Shown: piece after piece, positions 8,887 to 17,253 of the stretch | Layout of the letters: every line of letters begins with the position of its first letter | Position numbering within the stretch: the stretch's first letter is position 1 | DNA from: an uncultured bacterium | GTDB lineage: Bacteria; Patescibacteriota; Minisyncoccia; Phycocordibacterales; UBA6065 | NCBI GenBank assembly: GCA_903842365.1 | Contig: CAIMLU010000010.1 | Span: forward strand, 1-46,079 | Reading direction: 5' to 3' | DNA: 46,079 nucleotides | The notes under the pieces: generated by a model | The model's input: only the letters and a program-made list of their open reading frames with translations | What the model was told of the DNA's origin: nothing | Database searches by the model: none | Position numbers and translations under genes: made by a program

Positions 8887-9481
8887 ATGAACGCTTTCGA
8901 AAGAGTGAGAGGAACACAGTAAGAGCTGCACCAGACACATCCATAAACATATCTTTTTGTGCATCCCAGATGTCCCCTTGTGAACCAAGGAATGCTGCAC
9001 CAGCATCGCCACCATAAAGATCTGCGTACCACCACTCAATCCACTCATAAAACACCGCAATAAATGCAATAGCAAAGAGCGCGTATGTCATCGAAACAGC
9101 GCGGCTCGTGACAAGCCTCCTCGATTCAAGATACTCCATAATGGGTAGCGCGTAAAAACCGACAGTAAAGTGACCAACCCTATCATACATATTACGCTCG
9201 AAGCCAAAGAGGTTATTAAACCAATCAAACGGAACACGTTCAAATGTGTAATACCCACCAATAGTGTGTATGATTGGCAAAATCGCCATCAGCACATAAG
9301 CGGTATTCGAGAACCGAACACCCCTACAGTATAAAACAACAATCGTTGCAACGAGCGCAACTATGGGACCATTCTCCACAAACCACACCGCACGAGAATA
9401 TGGATTAAAGGCAGTGATAATAAATATTAATACATATACGCCGAGGAGTATATGAGGGACATATGTTTTTATTTTTTGCAT
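8885..9481 (-). CDS. DUF2238 (YjdF-like) inner membrane protein
   Basis: 198-aa polytopic protein. The pattern GGYYTFERVPFDWFNNLFGFERNMYDRVGHF resembles the YjdF/DUF2238 family as I remember it. Confidence 0.6.
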   Translation of the reverse strand: MQKIKTYVPHILLGVYVLIFIITAFNPYSRAVWFVENGPIVALVATIVVLYCRGVRFSNTAYVLMAILPIIHTIGGYYTFERVPFDWFNNLFGFERNMYDRVGHFTVGFYALPIMEYLESRRLVTSRAVSMTYALFAIAFIAVFYEWIEWWYADLYGGDAGAAFLGSQGDIWDAQKDMFMDVSGAALTVFLSLFRKRS

Positions 9482-9582
9482 ATGGCTATAGTATACCAGA
9501 GCTCTTTTTAGCTTTTACCCAATATCAAGGGAGAAGGTTGAACCCTTTATTTTTAAAGAAGTTCTGCTATACTATCCCCCGT

Positions 9583-9921
9583 ATGACTCCTGAAGAAAAG
9601 AAGAAACTTGATGAGGTCTATGAACTCGTTGCTGAAAACAACGAACTACTCAAAGGCATTAGCAAGGTGACCACAAAAATGAACCGCAAGATGATTCTTG
9701 ATGGGGTCATGAAAGTGGTCTACTACGGAGTCATTATTGGTGGTTCCATTGGCGCATTTTACCTTGTACAGCCGTACATTGATTCATTGAGGAGCAGCCT
9801 TGATAGCATCAATGGAACAATGAGTGAGGTCAACAAGGCAACAGGATCACTTAAAAACGGTGTTTCTGTATTTAGCACTATGGAAGAAAATTTGAGAGCA
9901 CTTACAGGAGGATCAAAATAG
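9583..9921 (+). CDS. hypothetical small membrane protein (112 aa from Met 9583)
   Basis: ORF with one central TM segment (VVYYGVIIGGSIGAFYLV). The upstream part of the tracked ORF overlaps the divergent gene start. Confidence 0.45.
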   Translation: MTPEEKKKLDEVYELVAENNELLKGISKVTTKMNRKMILDGVMKVVYYGVIIGGSIGAFYLVQPYIDSLRSSLDSINGTMSEVNKATGSLKNGVSVFSTMEENLRALTGGSK

Positions 9922-9933
9922 AATCAAGTACAT

Positions 9934-10006
9934 GCCGAGGTAGCTCAGTTGGTAGAGCGTTCCCCTGAAGAGGGAAGGGTCACCAGTTCAAGTCTGGTCC
10001 TCGGCA
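9934..10006 (+). tRNA. tRNA-Phe (anticodon GAA), CCA not encoded
   Basis: Acceptor gccgagg/cctcggc, anticodon loop ctgaaga, T-arm accag-ttcaagt-ctggt. Confidence 0.9.
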
Positions 10007-10011
10007 CTCGA

Positions 10012-10040
10012 AATAAAACCACCGTACGGTGGTTTTATTA
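10012..10040 (+). terminator. intrinsic terminator after tRNA-Phe
   Basis: Hairpin aaaaccaccg-tac-ggtggtttt followed by a T-rich tract. Confidence 0.65.
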
Positions 10041-10321
10041 TTTAAATTTTGTAACCACGAGTCACTAGGTCTGCTCAGGTAAGTACACCTTGCGCAGAAC
10101 CAAGCACTCACGACCTCGCCTCGCGATTTTTCGAAACGAAAAATATCGCTGTGGCAGGCAGGAATATCGGTCGTTACACGACCAGTACCCACGATTGGGG
10201 CTTTTCATCGTTTGATTACAAACTCAAAAATCCGCTCAATCGAGCTTCGATTCCTGCACGAAATGTGCCCCGCACATTTCTCGGGGGCACAAGAAAAAAG
10301 CGCCTTACGGCGTTTTTCTTG
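10041..10321 (-). repeat. tRNA-Arg-3'-end-derived mosaic repeat unit(s)
   Basis: The + strand carries the sense 3' end of the minus-strand tRNA-Arg: ttcgattcctgc (10246-10257), then a 24-nt hairpin (10258-10281), then cgggggcacaag (10282-10293). A near-perfect palindrome of about 48 nt runs 10282-10329 into the real tRNA. Partial copy ggcaggaat at 10157-10165. Hairpin module at 10123-10149. Shared aaggtgtac module (minus strand) at 10085-10093. Confidence 0.55.
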
Positions 10322-10393
10322 TGCCCCCGGCAGGAATCGAACCTACATCGACTCGTTAGGAGTGAGCCATTCTATCCATTGAACTACGAGGGC
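10322..10393 (-). tRNA. tRNA-Arg (anticodon CCU), CCA not encoded
   Basis: The reverse complement folds as acceptor gccctcg/cgggggc (one G-U pair), anticodon loop ctcctaa, T-arm taggt-tcgattc-ctgcc region. Confidence 0.8.
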
Positions 10394-10463
10394 AAGTAGG
10401 GGTCACTCTATCATTTTTAATACCAAAAACAAAGCCCTCCGATGAAGGAGGGTTTATTTTTAC

Positions 10464-10700
10464 CTATTTAATACCAACAAGTGAAGCGAGTGTCTCTTTG
10501 TCAAAACCAATCATGACCTGACCATCGACATCGATGACAGGAACACCCATCTGGCCAGTCTTTTCGATCATCTCCTTGCGCTTCTCAAGATCAGAGGCAA
10601 CGTTGTACTCAGTATATGCAACACCTCCCTTTTTGAGGAAGTCTTTTGCGTGGTTACAGTACGTGCATGTTGGTGTCGAATAGATTGTGATGTTTTTCAT
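10464..10700 (-). CDS. glutaredoxin-like protein (NrdH/YruB type)
   Basis: ITIYSTPTCTYCNHAKDFL (CxxC redox motif) and GVPVIDVDGQVMIGFD thioredoxin-fold pattern. The Met at 10700 gives a typical 78-aa protein. Confidence 0.8.
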   Translation of the reverse strand: MKNITIYSTPTCTYCNHAKDFLKKGGVAYTEYNVASDLEKRKEMIEKTGQMGVPVIDVDGQVMIGFDKETLASLVGIK

Positions 10701-10779
10701 ATCATTTCTGATTAAGAAGTAAGTACCGTACAATTATACCCCTCACGATGGTTGGCTTCAAATCAAAAATGTGGTGCGA

Positions 10780-11556
10780 TTATTGATCATCATCAGCGAA
10801 ATATTCATACCCACCAATAAGCGCTGGTGTCGAAAGGAAATACCAAATGACGACATCATCAATCGGGAACACCTTACCGAAAATATGAGTTGGTAAAAGA
10901 TACTCCCCTGGCCACCACCAACTCCCTATTTTAAGTGATACTATTTCATACACAAAAAAGACAATGGCAAAAAAGACTGTTGGTAAAATACTCTTTCTGA
11001 GTAAATGTGGATTCTGCCAAAAGATGAGGAGTGCTGGGATAATGAGTATAATGACTGACATCCCCATGTAACTCGTCTTGAGTAAATCTGGAGTAAAAGC
11101 AAACAGACCAAACACAATAACGGCAAAAACGATAAAGAGATCAACCAGGTACTTAAATCTTGGCGATACGCCACGTTTTGTGTCTCGGTCAACAAAATAT
11201 TCGTAAAATGCTAGTGCCCAAAAGAAGTTAAGGAATGCAAAGAGCATATTTTCGAGCGGTATAAGTCCAAAGGGGCGATAGAAAATACTTTGGACGTCCC
11301 ATGCATCAACCATCCTAAGCGCTAATTCAACCGGTGGAGCAAAAATGAGAGTTGCTGCCAAGGAAAAAATCATAATCTTCCACTTTGACCTTTTGAGCCA
11401 AACAAAGTTAACAATACTTGGTGGGACGAGAACAATAAGGATTGAAAAGAAATAGTACGGTTTTATAAAAAGCACCACAAGGCACGCGATAAAGACATAG
11501 GAGAGAAGGCCAAACAACTTGATTCGCTTTTCTTTGTTCAATGTTTTAAGAAGCAT
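10780..11556 (-). CDS. polytopic membrane protein, possibly a lycopene-cyclase-domain (CrtYc/d-like) protein
   Basis: Two internal repeats each carry a P-x-(E/D)(E/D/N) motif followed by YEYF (IPLENMLFAF...AFYEYF and FPIDDVVIWYF...GGYEYF). The family call is tentative. Confidence 0.4.
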   Translation of the reverse strand: MLLKTLNKEKRIKLFGLLSYVFIACLVVLFIKPYYFFSILIVLVPPSIVNFVWLKRSKWKIMIFSLAATLIFAPPVELALRMVDAWDVQSIFYRPFGLIPLENMLFAFLNFFWALAFYEYFVDRDTKRGVSPRFKYLVDLFIVFAVIVFGLFAFTPDLLKTSYMGMSVIILIIPALLIFWQNPHLLRKSILPTVFFAIVFFVYEIVSLKIGSWWWPGEYLLPTHIFGKVFPIDDVVIWYFLSTPALIGGYEYFADDDQ

Positions 11557-11634
11557 TGTTATGATTTAAAAAATGAAGTTCATACAGTATAGCAAACAAA
11601 AATCACCTCAAGGGGTGATTTTACTGTACAAAAA

Positions 11635-12099
11635 ATGGGGGGGGTTATAATTTCGGTATTATATATATTTACACCTAAACACACATACAAAATGCCAAAA
11701 GATTATTGGGATATCGCAAAAAATAACTTTCGTATACTAGCAATCGTCTCAACCGTTCTAACGGTTTTGTATATCCTTAATTTTCTCCAATTTAGGCAAC
11801 CGATACTCCTTATTGGTGCAGCTATGTGTTTAATTGATACTGTAGTGCGATTTGTACTAACATCCCTCTTTAAGAAAAAGTCTCGCAAAGCAATCACCGT
11901 TGGTTATACATATCTTGCATTAGCTTTTACGCTCAACCTCGTAAACTATCTCATATTGAATTCGCCTGCAGATTTTTTTAAACAAGGAATATTGTTTAAA
12001 ATTCTCGGTCTTCTTATTCTTGTCTATCTCTTTAATAACGTATATAAAGCATCTAAACAAGAAATCACTCAACCACAAACAAATCCATCCGCACAGTAA
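11635..12099 (+). CDS. hypothetical membrane protein (alternative start 11692)
   Basis: ORF with about four TM segments, followed by a G-U-containing terminator hairpin at about 12130-12160. Confidence 0.45.
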   Translation: MGGVIISVLYIFTPKHTYKMPKDYWDIAKNNFRILAIVSTVLTVLYILNFLQFRQPILLIGAAMCLIDTVVRFVLTSLFKKKSRKAITVGYTYLALAFTLNLVNYLILNSPADFFKQGILFKILGLLILVYLFNNVYKASKQEITQPQTNPSAQ

Positions 12100-12151
12100 A
12101 CTGTGTACCAACTGAAACAAAACGCCTTCCAATATATGGAGGGTGTTTTTA

Positions 12152-12332
12152 TTTTGTGCGGGATGGGAGTCGGTCACGTGTCTTTTTTCACCGCCGTTCA
12201 AAAAGCACTCGACCCCAGCTCGCGATTTCACGAAACGTGAAATAACGCTCCGCTTTTCGATTCTCCACGCAAGCAAAGCAGTTTGCTTGCTCATCCCGCA
12301 CAAAACAAAAAAGCCTTTCGGCTTTTGTTTTG
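12152..12332 (-). repeat. tRNA-Gly-3'-end-derived mosaic repeat unit (downstream of tRNA-Gly)
   Basis: 18/18-nt direct repeat of the tRNA 3' end plus trailer (12152-12169 = 12328-12345). Inverted copy ttcgattctcc (12257-12267), then a 24-nt hairpin (12268-12291), then catcccgca (12292-12300). Near-perfect palindrome of about 50 nt at 12292-12341. Hairpin module at 12222-12248. Confidence 0.6.
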
Positions 12333-12403
12333 TGCGGGATGGGAGAATCGAACTCCCGCCCTATGCTTGGGAAGCACATGTTCTACCACTAAACCAATCC
12401 CGC
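12333..12403 (-). tRNA. tRNA-Gly (anticodon CCC), CCA not encoded
   Basis: The reverse complement is gcgggat-tg-gttt-agtggta-gaac-a-tgtgc-ttcccaa-gcata-gggc-gggag-ttcgatt-ctccc-atcccgc-a. Confidence 0.9.
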
Positions 12404-12640
12404 AATATTTTATTTTCTAAATTAATTCCGCATGCTTGGGAAGGTCACAGATAATTTTCTGGTGAAAATTTCCGCGACCATTACATGGTCAGTACACCTT
12501 TTGGACGGAGTACCGTCTCAAGAAGGTTTTACGTTCGGGTCCCTTATCCCGAACTCACCCGCCTCGGCCCGTCGGCCTCCGGCCTTGCGCTTGGGGCCCC
12601 TACCCCAAGCTCACATGTTCTACCACTAAACCAATCCCGC
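12404..12640 (-). pseudogene. partial second copy of tRNA-Gly (positions 1-41) interrupted by a 168-nt structured insertion and lacking the 3' half
   Basis: 12612-12640 is identical (29/29) to 12375-12403 (tRNA positions 1-29). 12432-12443 is identical (12/12) to 12363-12374 (anticodon stem and loop). The intervening 12444-12611 is GC-rich with several hairpins, including the module at 12443-12479. Confidence 0.65.
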
Positions 12641-12648
12641 AAGACCTT

Positions 12649-12966
12649 TTATTCCTTAAATTCGTCCGCCGGAAGTATTATAAGCTTCTCATCCCCTTTT
12701 ACAAAACCAAATCGCTCACGAATTTCCCTATCCTTTCCATCAACAAGAGAGAAGCGTGCATTTTCTGCCTCGAGAAAAGCTTGGCGTTTTTCGAGGTTAG
12801 ATAATTTGCCCATCGATATGTCACGCAATTCACGTGCTCGTTCGTATTTACCATAGGCACCATACGTCCCACGAACAACCAAGATAGACACAATAAAAAG
12901 TAAAACGATTACATATCGTGAGTAAAGGGCTTTTTTTGCTTTTCTTTTGCGTTCAAATTCGCGCAT
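12649..12966 (-). CDS. septum formation initiator (FtsB/DivIC-like) protein
   Basis: 105 aa: short basic N-terminus, one TM helix (VIVLLFIVSILVV), a coiled-coil segment and a C-terminal IRERFGFVKGDEKLIIL motif typical of DivIC/FtsB. Confidence 0.65.
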   Translation of the reverse strand: MREFERKRKAKKALYSRYVIVLLFIVSILVVRGTYGAYGKYERARELRDISMGKLSNLEKRQAFLEAENARFSLVDGKDREIRERFGFVKGDEKLIILPADEFKE

Positions 12967-12987
12967 ACTTGTTTATAAATGGGTACG

Positions 12988-13016
12988 TTGCACTAACCAC
13001 ACCTAAAATGTATCAT
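12988..13016 (+). promoter_or_regulatory. candidate sigma-70-type promoter
   Basis: TTGCAC (12988-12993), a 17-nt spacer, then TATCAT (13011-13016), upstream of a small ORF. This is pattern evidence only. Confidence 0.3.
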
Positions 13017-13040
13017 AGATGTATTAACTATTGTACCACC

Positions 13041-13151
13041 ATGTTACTCAATCCAAACCATCGCAAAAAGCTTTCTGTCACCGCCGCCATATTGTCGACG
13101 CTCATAATCATCTCGATGATCCTCCTTTACTTCCCAGCAGCTCAGCAATAA
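13041..13151 (+). CDS. possible small membrane peptide (36 aa)
   Basis: MLLNPNHRKKLSVTAAILSTLIIISMILLYFPAAQQ has a basic N-terminus and one TM helix. It lies between a candidate promoter and a strong terminator. Confidence 0.3.
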   Translation: MLLNPNHRKKLSVTAAILSTLIIISMILLYFPAAQQ

Positions 13152-13164
13152 TAGAAATATACAA

Positions 13165-13207
13165 AAAAATAACCCTGTCGTTTAAAAACGACAGGGTTAT
13201 TTTTTTA
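13165..13207. terminator. bidirectional intrinsic terminator
   Basis: aaaaaaataaccctgtcgtt-taaa-aacgacagggttattttttt: a perfect stem of about 13 bp flanked by A and T runs. Confidence 0.7.
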
Positions 13208-13210
13208 AAC

Positions 13211-15016
13211 CTACTCCCCTTTCCTCATCATCTTAACAAACACGTCTTGAGGAATATTTACATTTCCAACACCACGTTCCAAGAGACGTTTCTTTCCTTC
13301 CTTTTGTGCCTCCCACAACTTTTTCTTGCGACTAATGTCTCCACCAGACAAATGCGCTGTAACTGCTTTTTTGAGTGCCTGAAGCGTTCGAGAAGCCATA
13401 ATCCTACCGTTTGCTTTACCTTGTATCTTTGTGTTGAACATCTGTTTTGGAAGGATGTTATGGAGCTTTTCAACCGCCTCCTCTGCTTCAGCATAAGCTT
13501 TCTCCCGTGACACAACGCGCGTAAATGCTGGAATAATCTCTTCTGCGATAATGATATCCAATCGAGTCACATCAGCCTTCCTCATACCAATCGGTTCGTA
13601 TGATATCGATGCATATCCTGATGTAGCACTCTTTACCTCATCAAAGAAGTTTCTCATGAGTTCACGTAGTGGCATATCAACATACGTCGCCGTTCTACCC
13701 TCACCAAACGTATCAGCACGTTTTATAACAGCTTCATGATCAAAGAAAATTTGATTGAGGCTACCCGAGTAACTATTTGGCGTAATGACACGCATTTCAA
13801 TCCAAGGCTCAAAAACACTCGTCACAGCATGGTCGTCTGGAAAAAGTGGTGGTGAGTAAATAATCTCTTTCTTCCCATTCAAGTAGGTAACCTCGTATGT
13901 AATCGACGGTGTTGTAACAACAAGGTTCAGAGCAAACTCACGTCTCAATCGTTCAGTAATAATTTCAAGGTGAAGCATTCCAAGGAAACCACATCGAAAC
14001 CCTCGACCAAGTGTTCCTGACGCCTCTTCTTCATATGTAAAAGATGAATCGGAAAGAGAAAGTCTACCCAATGCTTGACGTAAGAGCATTAAATCATCTT
14101 GGCTTTCAGGATAAATAGACGCCCATACAACCGGTGCGGGCTTCATATAACCATGCAAAGCCTCAACTGGTGATCGTTCAAAAACAATCGTGTCACCAAC
14201 CGATGCGACGCCTGGTTCTTTAATACCTGTCACAATATAACCAATCTCACCTGCAGAAAGATGATCAACAGGAATTTCAGCAGGAGAAAATATTCCAACC
14301 TCATTAGAGACAAAACGAGCACCAGCGACTTTGAATTCTAGGTAGTCACCTTTTTTTACACTTCCATCCATTACACGCATATACACAATAACCCCCTCAT
14401 GGTTTGAGTACTGAAAATCAAAGATGATTGCTCGCAAATCACGGTCAGTTAATTCTGTTTTTGGGTGTGGTACACGTTTTATAATTTCTTCGAGAAGTTC
14501 TGAAACACCCTCACCTGTTTTTCCTGATACACCAAGAATGGAATCAACAGGGACATCGAGCAATTCGCTAATCTCGAGCTTCGTTTCATCAACACGAGCA
14601 AGCGGTGAATCAATTTTTGAGACAACAGGAATAATAGTGAGACCGGCACTACGCGCCATCTCGAGCGTTGTGAGTGTCTGCGCTTGAACACCCTGCGTTG
14701 CGTCAACAAGGAGAATCGATCCTTCAACCGCTTTAAGCGCACGAGATACTTCGTACGAAAAATCGATGTGCCCTGGGGTATCAATAAGATTCAAAATATA
14801 ATCCTCACCGTTGGATTTATATTTCATTCGCACTGGTTGCATCTTGATAGTAATGCCACGTTCACGCTCGAGTTCCATCGAATCGAGAACCTGTTCTTGC
14901 ATCTTGCGTTTCTCAATAGTCCCTGTTATTTCAAGCAAACGATCAGCAAGTGTAGACTTGCCGTGGTCGATGTGAGCAATGATGCTGAAGTTTCGAATGT
15001 GAGATATCTCTTTCAT
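13211..15016 (-). CDS. lepA: translation elongation factor 4 (LepA)
   Basis: IRNFSIIAHIDHGKSTLADRL G1 motif, DTPGHIDF and the LepA-specific C-terminal domain. The Met at 15016 matches the family N-terminus. Confidence 0.95.
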   Translation of the reverse strand: MKEISHIRNFSIIAHIDHGKSTLADRLLEITGTIEKRKMQEQVLDSMELERERGITIKMQPVRMKYKSNGEDYILNLIDTPGHIDFSYEVSRALKAVEGSILLVDATQGVQAQTLTTLEMARSAGLTIIPVVSKIDSPLARVDETKLEISELLDVPVDSILGVSGKTGEGVSELLEEIIKRVPHPKTELTDRDLRAIIFDFQYSNHEGVIVYMRVMDGSVKKGDYLEFKVAGARFVSNEVGIFSPAEIPVDHLSAGEIGYIVTGIKEPGVASVGDTIVFERSPVEALHGYMKPAPVVWASIYPESQDDLMLLRQALGRLSLSDSSFTYEEEASGTLGRGFRCGFLGMLHLEIITERLRREFALNLVVTTPSITYEVTYLNGKKEIIYSPPLFPDDHAVTSVFEPWIEMRVITPNSYSGSLNQIFFDHEAVIKRADTFGEGRTATYVDMPLRELMRNFFDEVKSATSGYASISYEPIGMRKADVTRLDIIIAEEIIPAFTRVVSREKAYAEAEEAVEKLHNILPKQMFNTKIQGKANGRIMASRTLQALKKAVTAHLSGGDISRKKKLWEAQKEGKKRLLERGVGNVNIPQDVFVKMMRKGE

Positions 15017-15076
15017 AAGGAAAAGACCCATAAGGGCCAATACCGCCATAGTAACAGAAATTGTTAAAATTCAAAG

Positions 15077-16759
15077 CTATACAGGGGTTTTATCGATTTG
15101 AGCTGAATCAACCTTCCAAACCTTCCTCTTGAGTGTTTCAACAACATCCTCAAACTCGGTATTCCCCATAACCTTAAGAAGAAAAGCAATCGCAACTATT
15201 CCCAATAGGCCAGCAAGAAAACCTTGCATAAAGACACCAAAAACCGTGGAGAGATTAAAGAAATCATCGAAGAAGCGTAGTCCCTGGTAGGCGACATATC
15301 CTCCAATTATTGATGAGCCAAATGATTGGAGGCAGCCCTGGAAGACACGTTTATTGAATTGAGGAAAATCACGTGAAAATGATCTCCAATGAAGATACAC
15401 ATTTAGAAAAATTCCTATTGAAAAACCAAGTGGGAGCATGAGGACTGACGCATTAGCAACTCCATCAACTTTAAGCAAGTCTTTAACAAACTCTGCAAAG
15501 AGTGGATATGCATTGAACGTCTTAATGAGAATAAAGCCAATGCCAATCGATACAATCGAGGAAACAACGTTCATCATAAGAGGCTTCGCTGTTTTACCTT
15601 CAGCATAAAATGACCGAACGAAAAGCAAAATAAGGCTTTGACCCACAGCTGATACCACAAAGAGCGCAAGTGCCGCTGCGGTAAGTCTTGTGTCAGACCA
15701 ATCGAATTTACCTGAACCTAAAATAGTACGAACAATTTGGGCACGAAGCACGATAAAAAGAACCGTAACGGGTAAGGACCAAAAGGCAATATGACGAGTC
15801 GCTGATGCCATTTTTTCGACAAAAAGGTTCCAATCCCCTTTTGCACGCAATCGTGCGAGAAGTGGAAAAATGGCAGAAGAGTAACTTGTGCCGATGATGG
15901 TAAGAGGAACCGATTGTAAATTGAGGGCAAAATTAAATACCGAAATTGATCCTGCGCCCAAAAATGACGCAAATGATACGAGACAGAGTGTCGTTATTTG
16001 CTGTGACGATAATGTCACCGTACGTGGAATAGAAAGTTTTGCAACCCGCTTGATTGACTCAAAATCAATCGAACGGATTCGAAGTCTTGGAAAGGTGCCC
16101 TCTTTGATTGCAGGAGTTGCCTGGACGAGCATGTGCAGAAAGGCGCCCAAGATGACACCAAAGACAAGTCCCATGGTGCCAAAATGTGGTAAAAAGAAGA
16201 TGATGCCAATAATGATACCAATGTTATAGAATATCGGACTCAGTGCATAAGCAAAAAATCTATTCTGCGCCTGTGTCACGCTCGCAAAGAAACCAGAAAG
16301 ACCGAGGAGAATTGGGGAGATAAGAAGAAGTCGTGACGCAAGAACCAAATCAACCCCTTGCCCTGCCGCAAAAAGCCCTGGAAAAATGATTGATGATATC
16401 TTTGGTATAAAAAGAAAAGTGATGAGCACAATAAAGAGAACCAGGAAGAGAAAACCAGAAAATATTGAATCCTCAATTTTTTTCAACACAACAGAACCTT
16501 TATCACGGGCCTCAATCATTAAAGGCACAAGAATTGATGCTGATGCGATTGATGCAACCGTCACAAAAATGAAATCAGGGATACGAAACGCCGCATAGTA
16601 GACATCAAGGGATGTTGATGCACCGAGTGAGTGTGCAAGCATCCTATCTCGAACAAGTGCGAGAATCTGTGAGCCAAAGGATGATATTGCCAAAAGATAC
16701 GCAGCTTCATGAAGGCCGGTTATTTCTTTCGTAATAAATCGCAAGACTCGTTTTACCAT
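15077..16759 (-). CDS. murJ: lipid II flippase MurJ (MviN family)
   Basis: 560-aa polytopic protein. The N-terminal pattern ...SRILGLVRD-like (SQILALVRDRMLAHSLGAS...DVYYAAFRIPD) is typical of MurJ. Confidence 0.85.
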   Translation of the reverse strand: MVKRVLRFITKEITGLHEAAYLLAISSFGSQILALVRDRMLAHSLGASTSLDVYYAAFRIPDFIFVTVASIASASILVPLMIEARDKGSVVLKKIEDSIFSGFLFLVLFIVLITFLFIPKISSIIFPGLFAAGQGVDLVLASRLLLISPILLGLSGFFASVTQAQNRFFAYALSPIFYNIGIIIGIIFFLPHFGTMGLVFGVILGAFLHMLVQATPAIKEGTFPRLRIRSIDFESIKRVAKLSIPRTVTLSSQQITTLCLVSFASFLGAGSISVFNFALNLQSVPLTIIGTSYSSAIFPLLARLRAKGDWNLFVEKMASATRHIAFWSLPVTVLFIVLRAQIVRTILGSGKFDWSDTRLTAAALALFVVSAVGQSLILLFVRSFYAEGKTAKPLMMNVVSSIVSIGIGFILIKTFNAYPLFAEFVKDLLKVDGVANASVLMLPLGFSIGIFLNVYLHWRSFSRDFPQFNKRVFQGCLQSFGSSIIGGYVAYQGLRFFDDFFNLSTVFGVFMQGFLAGLLGIVAIAFLLKVMGNTEFEDVVETLKRKVWKVDSAQIDKTPV

Positions 16760-16814
16760 TCAAGTAGAATAAACTTGAAACCATTATATAGTCAGCACTA
16801 AAACACCACAAGAA

Positions 16815-16850
16815 AAATCACCCTTTACAGAGTGATTTTTCATACGCGGA
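16815..16850 (-). terminator. intrinsic terminator after the RNase P RNA
   Basis: Hairpin aaaatcaccct-ttac-agagtgatttt. Confidence 0.5.
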
Positions 16851-17200
16851 CCTATAAGCCGAATTCTGTGACGATGCTTTTACGCATCCGACAGTCATTG
16901 ATCTAGGATAAACGTCGCCGTTTACCTCAAGCGGCACTCCTTCAAAACTTTCATCTTGAAGGCACGGCCTTGCACTTCGAGTAAGGATTTTGCCGTTGCA
17001 CCCCTATGCATGACACATAGGACTACGCTCCTTGCGGGGCGCCTCCTCCCTTTTCAAAGAGAAGCGTCTCTGTTCGCACCTCTAGGGTTTCCCCTTGGCA
17101 GGCGTTACCTGCTACTCTTCTACTCCTTGCGAAGTAGCACGTGTTCGGACTTTCCTCACCATGGAAAACCATGGCGTAACTGTCTGGTCCGTACGCACAC
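16851..17200 (-). ncRNA. rnpB: RNase P RNA, bacterial type (ends approximate)
   Basis: The reverse complement contains the universal CR-I motif GAGGAAAGUCCGAAC (about 17140-17160), a 5' GGACCAGACAGU P1/P2 region (17180-17196) and a 3' ACAGAAUUCGGCUUAUAGGUCCGCG (16851-16878) pairing back to the 5' end. This matches the E. coli M1 RNA landmarks. Confidence 0.85.
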
Positions 17201-17222
17201 TATCGCCCGCAAAAGATAAAAA

Positions 17223-17253
17223 GTAAAGAGCTCCATTTGAGAGAGCTCTTTAC
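17223..17253 (-). terminator. intrinsic terminator after nrdJ
   Basis: Stem gtaaagagctc / gagctctttac followed (minus strand) by tttttatctttt. Confidence 0.6.

Noticed and set aside
12404-12640. Group I intron interrupting a second tRNA-Gly gene
   Set aside because: The 168-nt insertion sits in the 5' strand of the anticodon stem rather than in the loop. It is shorter than known group I introns. I cannot find P7 or J8/7-type core elements. The 3' exon stops after 12 nt, so no functional tRNA could be spliced. It is treated as a pseudogene plus repeat unit instead.
12143-12856. ORFs 12143-12454, 12188-12379, 12432-12629 and 12485-12856 over the tRNA-Gly locus
   Set aside because: They overlap an intact tRNA gene, its duplicated fragments and hairpin repeats. 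They are Pro/Arg/Ser-rich translations of GC-rich structured DNA.
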